Shown: in pieces, positions 18,815-27,622 of the stretch | Layout of the letters: every line of letters starts with the position of its first letter | Numbering within the stretch: the stretch's first letter is position 1 | Source: Bacteroidales bacterium | GTDB taxonomy: Bacteria > Bacteroidota > Bacteroidia > Bacteroidales > UBA4181 | Reading direction: 5' to 3' | Length of the DNA stretch: 28,851 bases | NCBI GenBank assembly: GCA_050256115.1 | Contig: JBFWIG010000001.1 | Location: 1-28,851 of the forward strand | Notes under the pieces: generated by a model | Told to the model about the DNA's origin: nothing | The model's input: only the letters and a program-made list of their open reading frames with translations | Databases searched by the model: none | Translations under genes and position numbers: made by a program

Positions 18815-19885
18815 TTATCCGGCACAATCGAACAAACCATTTTCGGCCAAAAACCTGTCGATTATCCCCGGAAGCGGATAATTGTCTATTTCGGCGGTCG
18901 AAACAGGCACAAAGGATGAAGTATCGAGCGAAGGCTTCTGATTGGCGAGAAGCGCATAGAAACGGATCTTGAGCGACTGGTGTGTGAGAGGATGTGTATA
19001 CTCCCTGGCCAATGGCTTTACCGAGAAGTCGGCTCCGTAAACAGCACTGGGAATATCGCACACCAGAAGTTGATGGGGTGATTCCGATAGGTCGGGGTAC
19101 TTCTCGATTAAGGGAAAATCGTAGAGACCCTCCCAAATATCGCCCGAAGGACGTTTGCGCATCCAGGTAGTTCCGTCGAAGATGGGAATCAGGTAGTGAA
19201 AATAGCGAATTCTCGCGGCAGCCTTGGGTTTGCGGACCGGAAGCAACATGGTGAGCTGCCGCGCATACGCAGCACAAAAGCTCGAAACAGGACAGTGAAC
19301 ACAATCGGGCGACTTCACACAAACAAGGGCACCCAGTTCAATCAGCGCCTGATTCGACCCCCCCGGATCTGAATCATCAATCAATTCACTGGCTGCGGAG
19401 GCGATGAGTGCTTTTCCCCGGGTTGAACCCGGAAAAAGATCAATGGCAAAAAGACGGGAAATTACACGATTCACATTTCCATCGATTGCGGCAACAGGCT
19501 CTCCAAAACAGATCGACGAAATGGCCGCAGCGGTATAGTTACCCACCCCCTTAATCTGAAGCCACTCTGAATAAGAGGAGGGCATGACACCGGCACGATT
19601 AAACCAAATATCCTTTGCAGCTGCATGCATATTTCGTGCCCGGGAATAGTAGCCCAATCCCTGCCATTGCTTTAACACCTCATCCTCTTGAGCCATTGCC
19701 AGCGAACGCACATCCGGAAACCGACGGGTAAATTCCAGATAATAGCCCATTCCCTGAGCAATACGCGTCTGCTGAAGCACAACCTCCGAAACCCATATCA
19801 GATAGGGATCGGTGGTGCTTCGCCAGGGCAAATCGCGATGATATTGCCTATACCATTGGCGCAACGCGTTTTTTAGTTGGAACAT
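18815..19885 (-). CDS. mutY: A/G-specific adenine DNA glycosylase
   Basis: RDLPWR, VSEVVLQQT, WQGLGYYSRARN, GVGNYTAAAI, IDGNV, a four-Cys cluster motif and a C-terminal NUDIX-like domain. Start moved to ATG 19885, downstream of the -7 box. Confidence 0.95.
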   Translation of the reverse strand: MFQLKNALRQWYRQYHRDLPWRSTTDPYLIWVSEVVLQQTRIAQGMGYYLEFTRRFPDVRSLAMAQEDEVLKQWQGLGYYSRARNMHAAAKDIWFNRAGVMPSSYSEWLQIKGVGNYTAAAISSICFGEPVAAIDGNVNRVISRLFAIDLFPGSTRGKALIASAASELIDDSDPGGSNQALIELGALVCVKSPDCVHCPVSSFCAAYARQLTMLLPVRKPKAAARIRYFHYLIPIFDGTTWMRKRPSGDIWEGLYDFPLIEKYPDLSESPHQLLVCDIPSAVYGADFSVKPLAREYTHPLTHQSLKIRFYALLANQKPSLDTSSFVPVSTAEIDNYPLPGIIDRFLAENGLFDCAG

Positions 19886-19912
19886 TATATAAGCACTAAA
19901 TGGGAGAGAGGT

Positions 19913-19920
19913 CAAAAATA
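19913..19920 (-). promoter_or_regulatory. -7 promoter box of mutY
   Basis: Plus-strand CAAAAATA reads TATTTTTG on the minus strand. Confidence 0.55.
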
Positions 19921-20043
19921 CACCAATTGCGCCCAAAACCAAAAAGCGCGAAAAGACCAATAAAAATCCTCGTTATTTGTTGATTTGCTGAAAAATAATT
20001 AAAAAAAAGAAACCCTTTACATTTTCTATCCGGTAAAAACGAT

Positions 20044-20051
20044 TATATTTG
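20044..20051 (+). promoter_or_regulatory. -7 promoter box of the HU gene
   Basis: TATATTTG, 67 nt upstream of ATG 20119, in an AT-rich divergent intergenic region. Confidence 0.65.
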
Positions 20052-20118
20052 CAGTCCAATTTGCATATAGAACGAGCATAATCCAATATTATTGAACAAC
20101 TTAATAACTTTTTCAGCT

Positions 20119-20403
20119 ATGACAAAGGCAGACATCGTAAACGAGATTTCCAAAACTACGGGAATCGAGAAGATCACGGTTCAGAGAACAGTTGAGGCTT
20201 TCATGGAGAGCGTTATTGACGCTTTGTCTGAGAACAAGAACGTGTATCTCAGAGGATTTGGGAGCTTTATTATCAAGGAGAGAGCTCAGAAAACTGCTAG
20301 AAATATCTCGAAGAACACCACTATTATCATCCCTGCACACAATATTCCCGCTTTCAAACCTGCCAAAACGTTTGTGGGTAAAGTTAAAGCCGGCGTTAAA
20401 TAA
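20119..20403 (+). CDS. HU/IHF-family DNA-binding protein
   Basis: MTKADIV, VYLRGFGSF, ARNISKN, IPAFKP; 94 aa from ATG 20119. Confidence 0.95.
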   Translation: MTKADIVNEISKTTGIEKITVQRTVEAFMESVIDALSENKNVYLRGFGSFIIKERAQKTARNISKNTTIIIPAHNIPAFKPAKTFVGKVKAGVK

Positions 20404-20430
20404 ATTGCAACCTTTTTAAATTTCACCATT

Positions 20431-20523
20431 ATGCCTAGCGGTAAAAAGAGAAAAAGACATAAAATGGCAACGCACAAGCGGAAAAAACGCTTGAGAAAGA
20501 ATCGCCATAAAAAGAAAAAGTAA
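20431..20523 (+). CDS. 30-aa Lys/Arg-rich small protein, bS22 / COX24-AURKAIP1-like ribosomal protein
   Basis: ATG 20431 to TAA 20521-20523 translates MPSGKKRKRHKMATHKRKKRLRKNRHKKKK. It is below the track cut-off and resembles, from memory, the small basic protein annotated as bS22 in Bacteroidota. Confidence 0.75.
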   Translation: MPSGKKRKRHKMATHKRKKRLRKNRHKKKK

Positions 20524-20538
20524 CCCCTGTCTTCTTTG

Positions 20539-20580
20539 AGGAATAAACCTAAAATTCTTGTGAATTTTAGGTTTATTCCT
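20539..20580. repeat. 19-bp perfect inverted repeat (hairpin) upstream of RNase E/G
   Basis: AGGAATAAACCTAAAATTC-TTGT-GAATTTTAGGTTTATTCCT. Confidence 0.85.
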
Positions 20581-20649
20581 ATTATGCCAGTGGTAAGCAC
20601 GGTTACGTGCCATCCTTCGTCATCAAAGCATCTATTTAAAATACAAGAA

Positions 20650-22200
20650 GTGAGCAACGAACTGGTTATCGATGCTACAGCTTCCGAAATTTCAATTGCT
20701 CTCCTCAAAGACAAGAAACTGGTCGAAATTACTAAGGAGAAGAGCAATGTTCAGTTTTCGGTAGGTGACATCTACCTTGGAAAGGTCAAAAAGATCATGC
20801 CAGGCCTGAATGCCGTTTTCGTAGACATCGGCTACGAGAAGGATGCTTTTCTGCACTATCTGGACTTAGGCCCTCAGGTAAAATCTCTACTTAAATTTCT
20901 GGATACTGCCCTGGCAAAAAAGGGCAATACCCCTAATCTTCAAAGATTTAAGAACGAACCCGACATAGACAAAGAGGGAAAGATTTCGGATATCCTCAGT
21001 TCCGGGCAAACCATTTTGGTACAGATTGCCAAAGAGCCTATCTCTACCAAAGGGCCCCGCTTATCGTCCGAAATATCGATTGCCGGACGAAATCTGGTAC
21101 TTATCCCTTTTGCCGACAAAGTTTCTGTGTCGCAAAAAATTACCTCGGCCGAAGAGCGGAACCGACTTAAAAAGTTAATCCTCAGCATAAAGCCTAAAAA
21201 CTACGGTGTTATTGTACGAACCGTTGCCGAAGGAAAAAAGGTTGCCGTGCTCGACGAAGAGCTTAAGGGATTGGTCACCAAATGGGAAACTGCCTTCGAT
21301 CAGATTAAAGGGGCATCCCCTCCCAAACTCTTCATCAGCGAACTCAGCCGCACTTCAGCTATCCTGCGCGATATGCTGAACGGAAGCTTTAACAACATCT
21401 ACGTGAATAACGCATCTCTCTGTGAGGAGATCAAAGAGTACATCAGTACGATTGCCCCCGAGAAAGAGAAGATTGTAAAACTGCTTAACGGAGACCCTCC
21501 CATTTTTGAACGGCTGGGTATCCAAAAGCAGATTAAGGGGATGTTTGGGAAGATTGTCTCCATCAAAAACGGAGCCTATCTGGTTATAGAACATACCGAG
21601 GCACTCCACGTAATAGATGTTAACAGCGGAAACCGCTCAAAGTCAGGCTCTAACCAAGAGGTTAATGCCCTTGAGGTAAACCTCGCAGCTGCCGAACAAA
21701 TTGCCAGTCAGTTACGTCTTCGCGATATGGGTGGAATCATTGTGATCGACTTTATCGATATGTACGATAACGAACACAGGCAGGTGCTCTACGACAAAAT
21801 GAAAGATTTTATGTCGGAAGATCGGGCAAAACATAACATATTGCCGTTAAGCAAGTTTGGCTTAATGCAAATTACCCGTCAGCGGGTTCGGCCCGAAGTC
21901 AACATCGACAATGTAGAGAAGTGCCCGGCCTGCAAAGGGAGTGGAGAGGTTACCCCAACCATTCTCTTTGCCGATGAACTCTATCACACCCTTTCGTATA
22001 TTGTATCTACCTCCAATTTAAAGAGCATAACCCTGAAACTCCACCCCATTACTGCTGCCTATATCCTTCACGGATTCCCCTCGCTGCGCTGGAAGTGGAG
22101 CTGGAAGTTGAAGTGCAGAGTTCATATCAGGCCCGATGTATCCTATTCGTTGCTTGAGAGCCGCTTCTTTGGAAAAGAGGGAGAAGAGATTCTGAATTGA
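20650..22200 (+). CDS. Ribonuclease E/G family endoribonuclease
   Basis: S1 domain (GDIYLGKVKKI.PGLNAVFVDIG), KEPISTKGPRL, HVIDVNSG, LRLRDMGGIIVIDFIDM, FGLMQITRQR and Zn-link CPAC. Likely GTG start at 20650 (VSNELVID); the track start at 20536 runs through the hairpin. Confidence 0.95.
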   Translation: MSNELVIDATASEISIALLKDKKLVEITKEKSNVQFSVGDIYLGKVKKIMPGLNAVFVDIGYEKDAFLHYLDLGPQVKSLLKFLDTALAKKGNTPNLQRFKNEPDIDKEGKISDILSSGQTILVQIAKEPISTKGPRLSSEISIAGRNLVLIPFADKVSVSQKITSAEERNRLKKLILSIKPKNYGVIVRTVAEGKKVAVLDEELKGLVTKWETAFDQIKGASPPKLFISELSRTSAILRDMLNGSFNNIYVNNASLCEEIKEYISTIAPEKEKIVKLLNGDPPIFERLGIQKQIKGMFGKIVSIKNGAYLVIEHTEALHVIDVNSGNRSKSGSNQEVNALEVNLAAAEQIASQLRLRDMGGIIVIDFIDMYDNEHRQVLYDKMKDFMSEDRAKHNILPLSKFGLMQITRQRVRPEVNIDNVEKCPACKGSGEVTPTILFADELYHTLSYIVSTSNLKSITLKLHPITAAYILHGFPSLRWKWSWKLKCRVHIRPDVSYSLLESRFFGKEGEEILN

Positions 22201-22255
22201 ACAATATGTAATAGCTGGTTGTTTCGAAGAGGGATACCCCGACAGATATTACCGT

Positions 22256-24193
22256 ATGAGACAACGCTTACTTTTACTGTTCCTTACCCTGTTCATCACA
22301 GCCGGCTTGGCCGCTCAATCCGAAAGCCCGGTTACCTGGAAAACAACAGCCAGAACCGTTTCGGATACCGAAGGATACATTGAAATCAGGGCTACTATCG
22401 CCCCCCCGTGGCACCTCTACTCACAGGAAAAGGTAGAGGGGCCTCTTCCCACCACTTTCCGTTTTACCCCTTCCAACCACTATTCGCTGACAGGAGGGGT
22501 AGAAGAGTCGGGCAAGCCGCACACTGCCCTCGATAAGGGTTTCAATGTGATGGTAACCACCTTTTCCGATTCCGTCCTTTTCCGACAGAAAATCGCGATA
22601 AAAAGCCCGGGCAGCATCGCCATAGAAGGGGTGGTGGAGTATATGGTTTGCGACGACGAATCTTGCATGCCTCCTACCGAAGTTACCCTTCGAACCACGC
22701 TTGGAGGAGAGGCCCAAACCCCGGATCTGCCCCCCCCCGCCCAGGCAGGGAGCGGCCCGCTTTGGTCGTTTTTCCTCATTGCAGTGCTGGCCGGGTTTGC
22801 CGGAGTGCTTACCCCTTGCGTTTTCCCCATGATACCGATGACGGTCTCCTTCTTTATGCGGGGAGAGTCGAAACGGCGAGCTGTGCTTAAGGGCCTTCTC
22901 TTTGGATTATCTATCATCCTAATCTATACCGCCATTGGTGTATTGGTAGCCCTCACCCGTTCGGGTGCAGATATTGCCGGTCAATTGAGTACCCATTGGC
23001 TGCCCAATCTGCTGTTTTTTGCCCTCTTTGTCACTTTCGGGCTCTCGTTTTTGGGACTTTTCGAGATGACCCTCCCGTCGGGTTTGGCAAATTCAGTAGA
23101 CCGCCAGGCCGGGAAAGGGGGCTATTCTGCCATCTTCTTTATGGCACTCACCCTGGTGATTGTCTCTTTTTCCTGCACAGGCCCCATCGTAGGCGCTATT
23201 CTGGTAGAATCGGCAAGTGGTTTGGCAATAAAGCCAATCTTGGGGATGTTTGGATTTTCAGCCGCTTTTGCACTCCCTTTTACACTTTTAGCCATCTTCC
23301 CCTCCTATCTAAGTAAATTACCCCGTTCGGGCGGTTGGATGGTAACGGTAAAGGGGGTAATGGGCCTCCTGTTGCTGGCCTTCAGCATCAAATTTATTGC
23401 TTCGGTCGATCAGGCATACCATCTGGGGCTTCTGCCACGCGAGCTGTTTCTCTCGCTTTGGATAGCCATCTCAATCATCTTGGGTATGTATCTCCTGGGA
23501 AAAATCCGGTTTCTCCACGACGACCCCTCCGATTATGTGACACCCGGAAGGTTGGTGATGGCCATTTTTGCCTTTGCCTTTGCCATATACCTGTTGCCGG
23601 GCCTTTGGGGCGCTCCACTGCAGGCGGTATCATCGCTGATTCCTCCTGCAAAAGGGTGGAGTACCACAGCCCCCACCGGGCAAACGCCGCCCGCTCAAGG
23701 ATCCGGTTCGGCGCTATGCACCACGCCGAAATATGCCGATTTTCTTCAGCTTCCGCACGGACTTCAGGGCTACTTCGATTACAAAGAGGGGTTGGCCTGT
23801 GCCATAGCCCAAAACAAGCCGGTATTACTCGATTTTAAAGGCCACTTCTGTTCTAACTGCAAAAAAATGGAGGCCGAAGTCCTCTCCGACCCGGAAATCC
23901 TCTCGATTCTCAGAACCGAGCTGGTTATAGTAGGTCTCTATACCGACGACCGCACCGTTCTTCCGGAGTCGGAATGGGTCCAACCCAAAGGAGGGGGAAA
24001 AGTAAAAAAGAGTATGGGCCAAATTAATGCCGATTTGCAAATGCGTCTTTTTAAGACCAATGCACTGCCAGCCTATGTGATAGTGGCACCAGACGGCACC
24101 CTTCTTGCAGGCCCTGTGGGCTACTCTCCCGACAAAAAGGCCTTCCGGGACTTTTTAGAACAGGGGCTCTCCCGCTTTTCATCGCTCGAATAA
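22256..24193 (+). CDS. DsbD-family protein-disulfide reductase
   Basis: Signal peptide, N-terminal domain with CDDESC, TM domain with TPCVFPM and FSCTGP, C-terminal thioredoxin domain with CSNC. Confidence 0.92.
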   Translation: MRQRLLLLFLTLFITAGLAAQSESPVTWKTTARTVSDTEGYIEIRATIAPPWHLYSQEKVEGPLPTTFRFTPSNHYSLTGGVEESGKPHTALDKGFNVMVTTFSDSVLFRQKIAIKSPGSIAIEGVVEYMVCDDESCMPPTEVTLRTTLGGEAQTPDLPPPAQAGSGPLWSFFLIAVLAGFAGVLTPCVFPMIPMTVSFFMRGESKRRAVLKGLLFGLSIILIYTAIGVLVALTRSGADIAGQLSTHWLPNLLFFALFVTFGLSFLGLFEMTLPSGLANSVDRQAGKGGYSAIFFMALTLVIVSFSCTGPIVGAILVESASGLAIKPILGMFGFSAAFALPFTLLAIFPSYLSKLPRSGGWMVTVKGVMGLLLLAFSIKFIASVDQAYHLGLLPRELFLSLWIAISIILGMYLLGKIRFLHDDPSDYVTPGRLVMAIFAFAFAIYLLPGLWGAPLQAVSSLIPPAKGWSTTAPTGQTPPAQGSGSALCTTPKYADFLQLPHGLQGYFDYKEGLACAIAQNKPVLLDFKGHFCSNCKKMEAEVLSDPEILSILRTELVIVGLYTDDRTVLPESEWVQPKGGGKVKKSMGQINADLQMRLFKTNALPAYVIVAPDGTLLAGPVGYSPDKKAFRDFLEQGLSRFSSLE

Positions 24194-24261
24194 CCACCGG
24201 AAAGGAGAACTATCCTACACGGAAAGCACCACTGAGAGTTGGAAAATTTCTATTTTGACAC

Positions 24262-24269
24262 TATTTTTG
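24262..24269 (+). promoter_or_regulatory. -7 promoter box of mdh
   Basis: TATTTTTG, 81 nt upstream of ATG 24351. Confidence 0.55.
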
Positions 24270-24350
24270 CCTCAGAAATTTCTCGCAAAGCATCGACACA
24301 ATCATCTAAGAGACAAATAGTTAAAACAACCATTAAAAAACGATTAACGT

Positions 24351-25292
24351 ATGAGTAAAATTACCGTTGTAGGAGCCGGAAATGTGGGTGCCACCTGTGC
24401 CGATGTTATTGTTCGCAGAGAACTTGCCAGTGAAGTTGTACTATTGGATATCAAGCCGGGTTTTGCCGAAGGAAAAGCACTTGATATTATGCAAACTGCC
24501 GTGTTGAACGAGTTCGATACCCGCGTAATTGGTACAACCGGCGACTACTCTCTTACCGCCGATTCGGATGTGGCCATTATCACCTCCGGGATTCCCAGAA
24601 AACCCGGAATGACCCGTGAAGAGTTAATTGGCACCAACGCCGGAATCGTGAAAAACGTGGTTGAGAATATTCTGAAATATTCGCCCAATGCTGTTGTCGT
24701 AATCATCAGCAACCCCATGGATACGATGACCTACCTTGCGCTCAAGGCCTCAGGTCTGCCCAAGAACCAAATCATCGGTATGGGCGGAATCCTCGACAGT
24801 TCGCGCTTCACCTGCTATCTGAGCCAGGCGCTCAACGCACCGGCTTCCGACATTGAAGCAACGGTTATTGGCGGTCATGGCGATACCACCATGATCCCTC
24901 TTACCCGTCTTGCCGCTTACAAAGGTATTGCCGCTTCGCAACTCTTATCGGGCGAAGAGCTCGACAAAGTTGCAGCCGACACCATGGTTGGTGGTGCTAC
25001 CCTTACAAAATTGCTAGGCACTTCGGCCTGGTATGCTCCCGGAGCTGCCGGAGCAACCCTTGCCGAAGCCATTATCCGCGACCAGAAGAAGATCTTCCCC
25101 TGCTGTGTATATCTGGATGGGGAATATGGCCAGAAAGATATCTGTTTGGGCGTCCCTGTTGTTGTGGGCAAGAGTGGCTGGGAAAAAATTGTTGATTACT
25201 CACTCACCGCCAACGAACAGGCACTTTTCGACAAGAGCGCCGAGGCCGTCAGAAGTATGAACAGTGTGCTTAAAGAGATGAATCTGGTCTAA
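24351..25292 (+). CDS. mdh: Malate dehydrogenase (LDH-like)
   Basis: GAGNVG, GIPRKPGMTREEL (Arg specificity loop of MDH), ISNPMD, LDSSRF, GGHGD. Confidence 0.95.
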   Translation: MSKITVVGAGNVGATCADVIVRRELASEVVLLDIKPGFAEGKALDIMQTAVLNEFDTRVIGTTGDYSLTADSDVAIITSGIPRKPGMTREELIGTNAGIVKNVVENILKYSPNAVVVIISNPMDTMTYLALKASGLPKNQIIGMGGILDSSRFTCYLSQALNAPASDIEATVIGGHGDTTMIPLTRLAAYKGIAASQLLSGEELDKVAADTMVGGATLTKLLGTSAWYAPGAAGATLAEAIIRDQKKIFPCCVYLDGEYGQKDICLGVPVVVGKSGWEKIVDYSLTANEQALFDKSAEAVRSMNSVLKEMNLV

Positions 25293-25399
25293 TCGTTGCG
25301 CCGGCTACCGAACGCTCGTTATTAGGGAGTTTGTAAGCGTGGCAATACCAATCGCTCGTTGTGAGCGAGTCTATATGCGTTGCAATGCCATTCGGGGGG

Positions 25400-25450
25400 G
25401 GGAGCAAATCACAAAGTGTCTGCTACATGTGATTTGCTCCCACTCTTTTT
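25400..25450 (+). terminator. Intrinsic terminator after mdh
   Basis: 14-bp perfect stem GGGAGCAAATCACA (25400-25413) / TGTGATTTGCTCCC (25428-25441), followed by ACTCTTTTT. Confidence 0.8.
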
Positions 25451-25465
25451 ATGCACCTTTGTGTA

Positions 25466-25843
25466 ATGGAAGCCCCCTCACAGTCACCCCATTTGCAGAG
25501 AGGAAGAGCAGGCGAAGAGCACGCCTGTACCTTTCTGAGCCATAAAGGATGTCAGATTCTGGAAAGAAACTGGCGTCACCGACATCTTGAGGTAGATATT
25601 GTGGCCTGCGAGGCAGGAACACTTATATTTGTAGAGGTTAAAACCCGACAGGCGGGAGGTCTGACCGAACCCTGGCAGGCGGTAGACCTGAAAAAACAGC
25701 GCAACCTGATTCGTGCCGCCAACGCCTATATCCGACAGAAAAAGTCGTTGCTTGAGGTGCGATTCGATATTATCTCAGTATCGATAAGCAATGCTACCAT
25801 AGAGATTGTCCATATACCCAACGCATTTCAACCCCGATTTTGA
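25466..25843 (+). CDS. YraN / UPF0102 family protein
   Basis: GRAGEE.A..FL..KG..ILERNWR, EVDIVA, FVEVKTR, RFDII. Start uncertain (ATG 25451 or 25466). Confidence 0.9.
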   Translation: MEAPSQSPHLQRGRAGEEHACTFLSHKGCQILERNWRHRHLEVDIVACEAGTLIFVEVKTRQAGGLTEPWQAVDLKKQRNLIRAANAYIRQKKSLLEVRFDIISVSISNATIEIVHIPNAFQPRF

Positions 25844-25883
25844 GTAGAGAGTGCTTCCCTTTACGCCAACCAAACCCTATCCC

Positions 25884-26486
25884 ATGAAAAAGATCTTCGA
25901 TTACTTTTTACAAGGCCTCTTATGGCTGCTCCCCTTCTCGGTGGTTATCTATCTCACCTATCAGGTATTCCTGATGGCCGACGGATTTTTGCGCGAACCC
26001 ATAGAAAAGCTGGTAGGCATATCCATCCCGGGGCTGGGAATCATTGTCAGCTTTTTGTGCATAACCCTGCTGGGGTTCTTTGGGCAGACGGTACTTGCAC
26101 TGCCGGTTAAGTGGTTTTTCACCAATGTGATGAACAAGGCACCCATCCTGAAAAGCATCTATAGCATGACCAAAGATTTCATGGAGGCTTTTGTAGGAAA
26201 AGAGCGAAAATTCGAATACCCGGTTGTGGTGAAGGTAAATATGATCTCGAACCTCGAGAAGATGGGATTTATCACCCAGGAAGATATGTCAAGCCTCCAC
26301 CTGCCGGGCAGAGTTGCCGTCTACTTTCCGCACAGCTACAATTTTAGTGGCGAACTGTTTTTAGTACCCCGCGAACAGGTTACCCCCCTCGACATACCCT
26401 CTGGCGAAGCAATGAAATTCATTGTTTCGGGGGGTGTCTTCAAAATTGAAGGATCGGAATCGATCGATCTAAAGCCCAAAGAGTAG
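25884..26486 (+). CDS. DUF502 family membrane protein
   Basis: YFLQGLL.LLP, IPGLG, PILKSIY, GFITQ, VYFPHSYNFSG.L, AMKFIVSGG. Start at ATG 25884. Confidence 0.85.
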   Translation: MKKIFDYFLQGLLWLLPFSVVIYLTYQVFLMADGFLREPIEKLVGISIPGLGIIVSFLCITLLGFFGQTVLALPVKWFFTNVMNKAPILKSIYSMTKDFMEAFVGKERKFEYPVVVKVNMISNLEKMGFITQEDMSSLHLPGRVAVYFPHSYNFSGELFLVPREQVTPLDIPSGEAMKFIVSGGVFKIEGSESIDLKPKE

Positions 26487-26515
26487 ACCCGCAGACAACA
26501 ACAGAGAGATCGGGG

Positions 26516-26971
26516 TCAGATCTCAGAGGAGAGGTCGAGAAATTGTGTGGCAACACCGGCCTTCTCAAGCAAATCGAGACCATCGGTATTGTGATAGCGA
26601 TCGGAATAGACAACCCTCCTGATACCCGACTGAATAATCAGCTTTGCACACTCCAAACAGGGCGAAGTGGTTACATAAAGAGTAGACCCCTCACTGCTAT
26701 TGTTAGACTTTGCTACCTTTGTGATAGCATTGGCCTCAGCATGAAGCACATACGGCTTTGTGACATAATGTTGATCTTCGCAAATATTCTCAAATCCGGC
26801 CGGGGTTCCATTAAAACCGTCGGAGATAATCATCTTTCCGCTCACCAATAGTGCCCCCACCTGACGTCGCTTGCAGTAGGAATTTTGGGCCCAGATTTTG
26901 GCCATTTGCAAATAACGTTTGTCGAACTGAAGCTGTTTTTCCGGCCGATCGGAGGTCTCATTCACACACAT
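26516..26971 (-). CDS. dCMP deaminase (ComEB-like, cytidine deaminase fold)
   Basis: SYCKRRQVGA, GFNGTP, HAEANAI, PCLEC. The track TTG start at 27004 overlaps the -7 box, so ATG 26971 is preferred. Confidence 0.92.
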   Translation of the reverse strand: MCVNETSDRPEKQLQFDKRYLQMAKIWAQNSYCKRRQVGALLVSGKMIISDGFNGTPAGFENICEDQHYVTKPYVLHAEANAITKVAKSNNSSEGSTLYVTTSPCLECAKLIIQSGIRRVVYSDRYHNTDGLDLLEKAGVATQFLDLSSEI

Positions 26972-27001
26972 AAGGCTTACATGACTAAGAAGTGATTTTG
27001 A

Positions 27002-27030
27002 CAAAAGTAGTGATTGTATCGCTATTTTTG
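27002..27030. promoter_or_regulatory. Back-to-back -7 boxes for dCMP deaminase (-) and tpx (+)
   Basis: TACTTTTG on the minus strand (27002-27009) and TATTTTTG on the plus strand (27023-27030), 13 bp apart. Confidence 0.55.
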
Positions 27031-27118
27031 CGTACCATCAGCACCCCCTAATGAACAATCGGCTTCGAAAATCGTTTCTCCTGTATCAACTCATTCAACC
27101 GATTAACACTCGAATCAT

Positions 27119-27622
27119 ATGGCAGAAATTACATTTAAAGGCTCACCCGTGAAAACCGCAGGAAGCCTTCCCAAAGTGGGTAGCAAAGCCCCCGACTTTC
27201 AACTGACCTCGGCCGCTCTGGCCGACGTAACCCTGGCCGACTACGCCGGGAAACAGGTAATATTGAACATCTTTCCCAGTATCGATACCGGTGTATGCGC
27301 CGCATCGGTCCGAAAATTTAATGCAGAAGCCTCAGCACTAAAAAACACGGTTGTGCTCTGTATCTCTAAGGATCTTCCCTTTGCTGCCGGCCGTTTCTGT
27401 GCAGCCGAGGGGTTAAAAGATGTAGTTACACTCTCCGAATACAAAAACAACGGCTTTAGCAAAAACTATCCCGTTACCATCCTCGAAGGCCCCCTGGCCG
27501 CTCTCTTTTCCCGAGCGGTAGTGATTGTAGATGAAGCCGGAACCGTAATCTACACCGAGCAGGTTCCGGAGATCACACAGGAGCCGGACTACGCGAAAGC
27601 ACTGGCTGCGCTGAAGCGCTGA
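27119..27622 (+). CDS. tpx: Thiol peroxidase (Tpx-type peroxiredoxin)
   Basis: [38 protein letters not shown]. Confidence 0.96.
   Translation: MAEITFKGSPVKTAGSLPKVGSKAPDFQLTSAALADVTLADYAGKQVILNIFPSIDTGVCAASVRKFNAEASALKNTVVLCISKDLPFAAGRFCAAEGLKDVVTLSEYKNNGFSKNYPVTILEGPLAALFSRAVVIVDEAGTVIYTEQVPEITQEPDYAKALAALKR

Noticed and set aside
18762-19322. 187-codon in-frame extension of ssb overlapping mutY (track 340 aa), suggesting a long SSB or a frameshifted MutY-SSB fusion
   Set aside because: The extension is compositionally unstructured, a -7 box sits just upstream of the canonical MVNKV start, I saw no obvious slippery site, and long shadow ORFs are common in this window.
20119-20403. HU arm tip ARNISKN instead of GRNPxTG
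   Set aside because: I recognise this as a common Bacteroidota HU variant rather than a local anomaly.
20286-20747. 153-aa minus-strand ORF and 65-aa plus-strand ORF (20416-20613)
   Set aside because: They are shadows of HU, the 30-aa basic ORF and the RNase gene. The low-complexity F/L content mirrors Lys/Arg codons on the other strand.
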